Below, piece by piece: positions 62,783 to 64,000 of a DNA stretch of 64,000 nt; within the stretch, counting starts at the first letter, position 1; the number at the start of each line of letters is the position of its first letter. Location of the stretch: assembly GCA_907165135.1 (NCBI GenBank), contig OU015568.1:2294001-2358000 (forward strand). The letters run 5' to 3'. The translations under genes were made by a program, and so were the position numbers. This DNA comes from Oikopleura dioica. Lineage: Eukaryota > Animalia > Chordata. The notes below the pieces were generated by a model, which saw only the letters and a program-made list of their open reading frames with translations, ran no database searches and had not been told where the DNA came from.

Positions 62783-64000
62783 ATGAAACTCAGATCATTT
62801 TTAACACCAATTCTTATCCGAACGATGGCCTCAAAGGAATGTCTTTTTTGATTCGAGAGAAGCTCTAGAATTAACTCTCTTTGAGGCTAGAAAAAGAGGG
62901 TGATCGTCGATTGTGATCCGGGAATTGATGATGCTCTTGCGATTCAATATCTTTTGCCAAGGGTTCAAAATCTCTTTTCAATTATTCAAAGATCTATATG
63001 AATCCTTCTTTCAAGAATCTCAAATCATCTGTTGAAATTGTCGCTCTAACGATCGTTGATGGAAACGTCAAAACTCATCAAGGCGCTGCAAATGCTCTTA
63101 GAATCTTGAAGAGTAACAATCTTGAGAGTATTCCACCGATTTATCTCGGCGCCGATTTTCCGGAAGAAAGTGATGGATGGTATGGTGAAGATGGTCTTGG
63201 AAATCAACAAGGACTCGAGCCGAGAATCTCGGGTAATGATGTTGAAAAGGGCGACTTTTTAGAGATTGACATGGGCAAATCAGCGGGGCAAGCGATTGTT
63301 GATCTTACTGTAAGTCAAATTGCTTATGCAGCAAATGAATACTTCAGCTTGAACACGATGATATCACAATTTTGTCCCTTGGGCCGCTGACCAACATCGC
63401 TCAAGCTCTCAAACTGGACCCAAGTCTTCCTGAGCGCGTAAATGAGTGGACAGTCATGGGAGGAAATTTGTATGGAGCTGGAAATGCTCCGGGACAGGCA
63501 GCAGAGTACAACTTTTGGTTCGACTATTATTCTGCAGAGAAAGTGATATCAAGGAAGATTTCTCAAGATGAATTTTTCGGCATTTTTCCTACAAACATTA
63601 AGGAATCAATCAAAGCTTTCTTCCTCATTTGACGCCAACGATCGTGACCCTAGAACTCGCACGACAATTTCCCTTCCCGATTTCTTTCTGGCACGATATG
63701 GATGAGTCATTTATAAAATCCGTCTCAAAATATGATGCAGAGCGATACTTTGGAGAGTTTCACCCTCGATGCCAGTTCGACAACGGCCCTGGTTGGAGAA
63801 TTTATGATTTGCTCGCCGCTCTTTGTCACACAAATCCGGAAATCATTACTGAGGCTTGGGAGCATTCTGTCGGAGTGGAGACAGAAGGAAAGCACACGAA
63901 GTAAGTTTTCTTGAATCTTCGAACCCCGAAATGATGGTTTTTCAGAGGGCTGCTTGTAATCGACCGATATTCGATTGGTGATGGCATTTTCGACTATGAA
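62783..64000 (+). CDS. Inosine-uridine preferring nucleoside hydrolase (runs off the window)
   Basis: VIVDCDPGIDDALA, ALTIVDGN, SLGPLTN, MGG...GN....AEYNFWFD, YDLLAA. First intron is GA-AG (62837-62890). Confidence 0.9.

Noticed and set aside
1-64000. tRNA, rRNA, snRNA or spliced-leader RNA genes
   Set aside because: None recognised by eye; a covariance-model search would be needed to exclude them.

Overview
A compact, intron-dense animal genomic window. The ~40-50 nt introns, frequent non-canonical GA-AG/GC-AG splice sites and gene families point to a larvacean tunicate, most likely Oikopleura dioica (inference). Host genes: TSG101, SREK1-like, LSm7, a PTEN-like phosphatase, a two-EF-hand protein, a GT31 galactosyltransferase, a CCP+trypsin protease with an in-frame TGA, two Cys-rich/Kelch-like genes, an inverted pair of 158-aa secreted proteins, a laminin-EGF+coiled-coil protein, an NRF-6-like acyltransferase, a six-VWA+TSPN matrix protein, an Ig membrane protein and a nucleoside hydrolase. 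Mobile DNA: TTAA-flanked Kolobok-like and piggyBac-like MITEs, hAT-like elements, and a 5'-truncated Penelope-like retroelement with inverted terminal repeats carrying hammerhead ribozymes. The strongest signal is intron/transposon turnover. Three DNA elements sit inside coding exons, and two of them create AG|GA or AG|GC junctions that could splice them out in frame, one seamlessly. A tandem duplication also shows a precise presence/absence difference for a GA-AG intron. All gene structures were read by eye, without alignments or RNA data.
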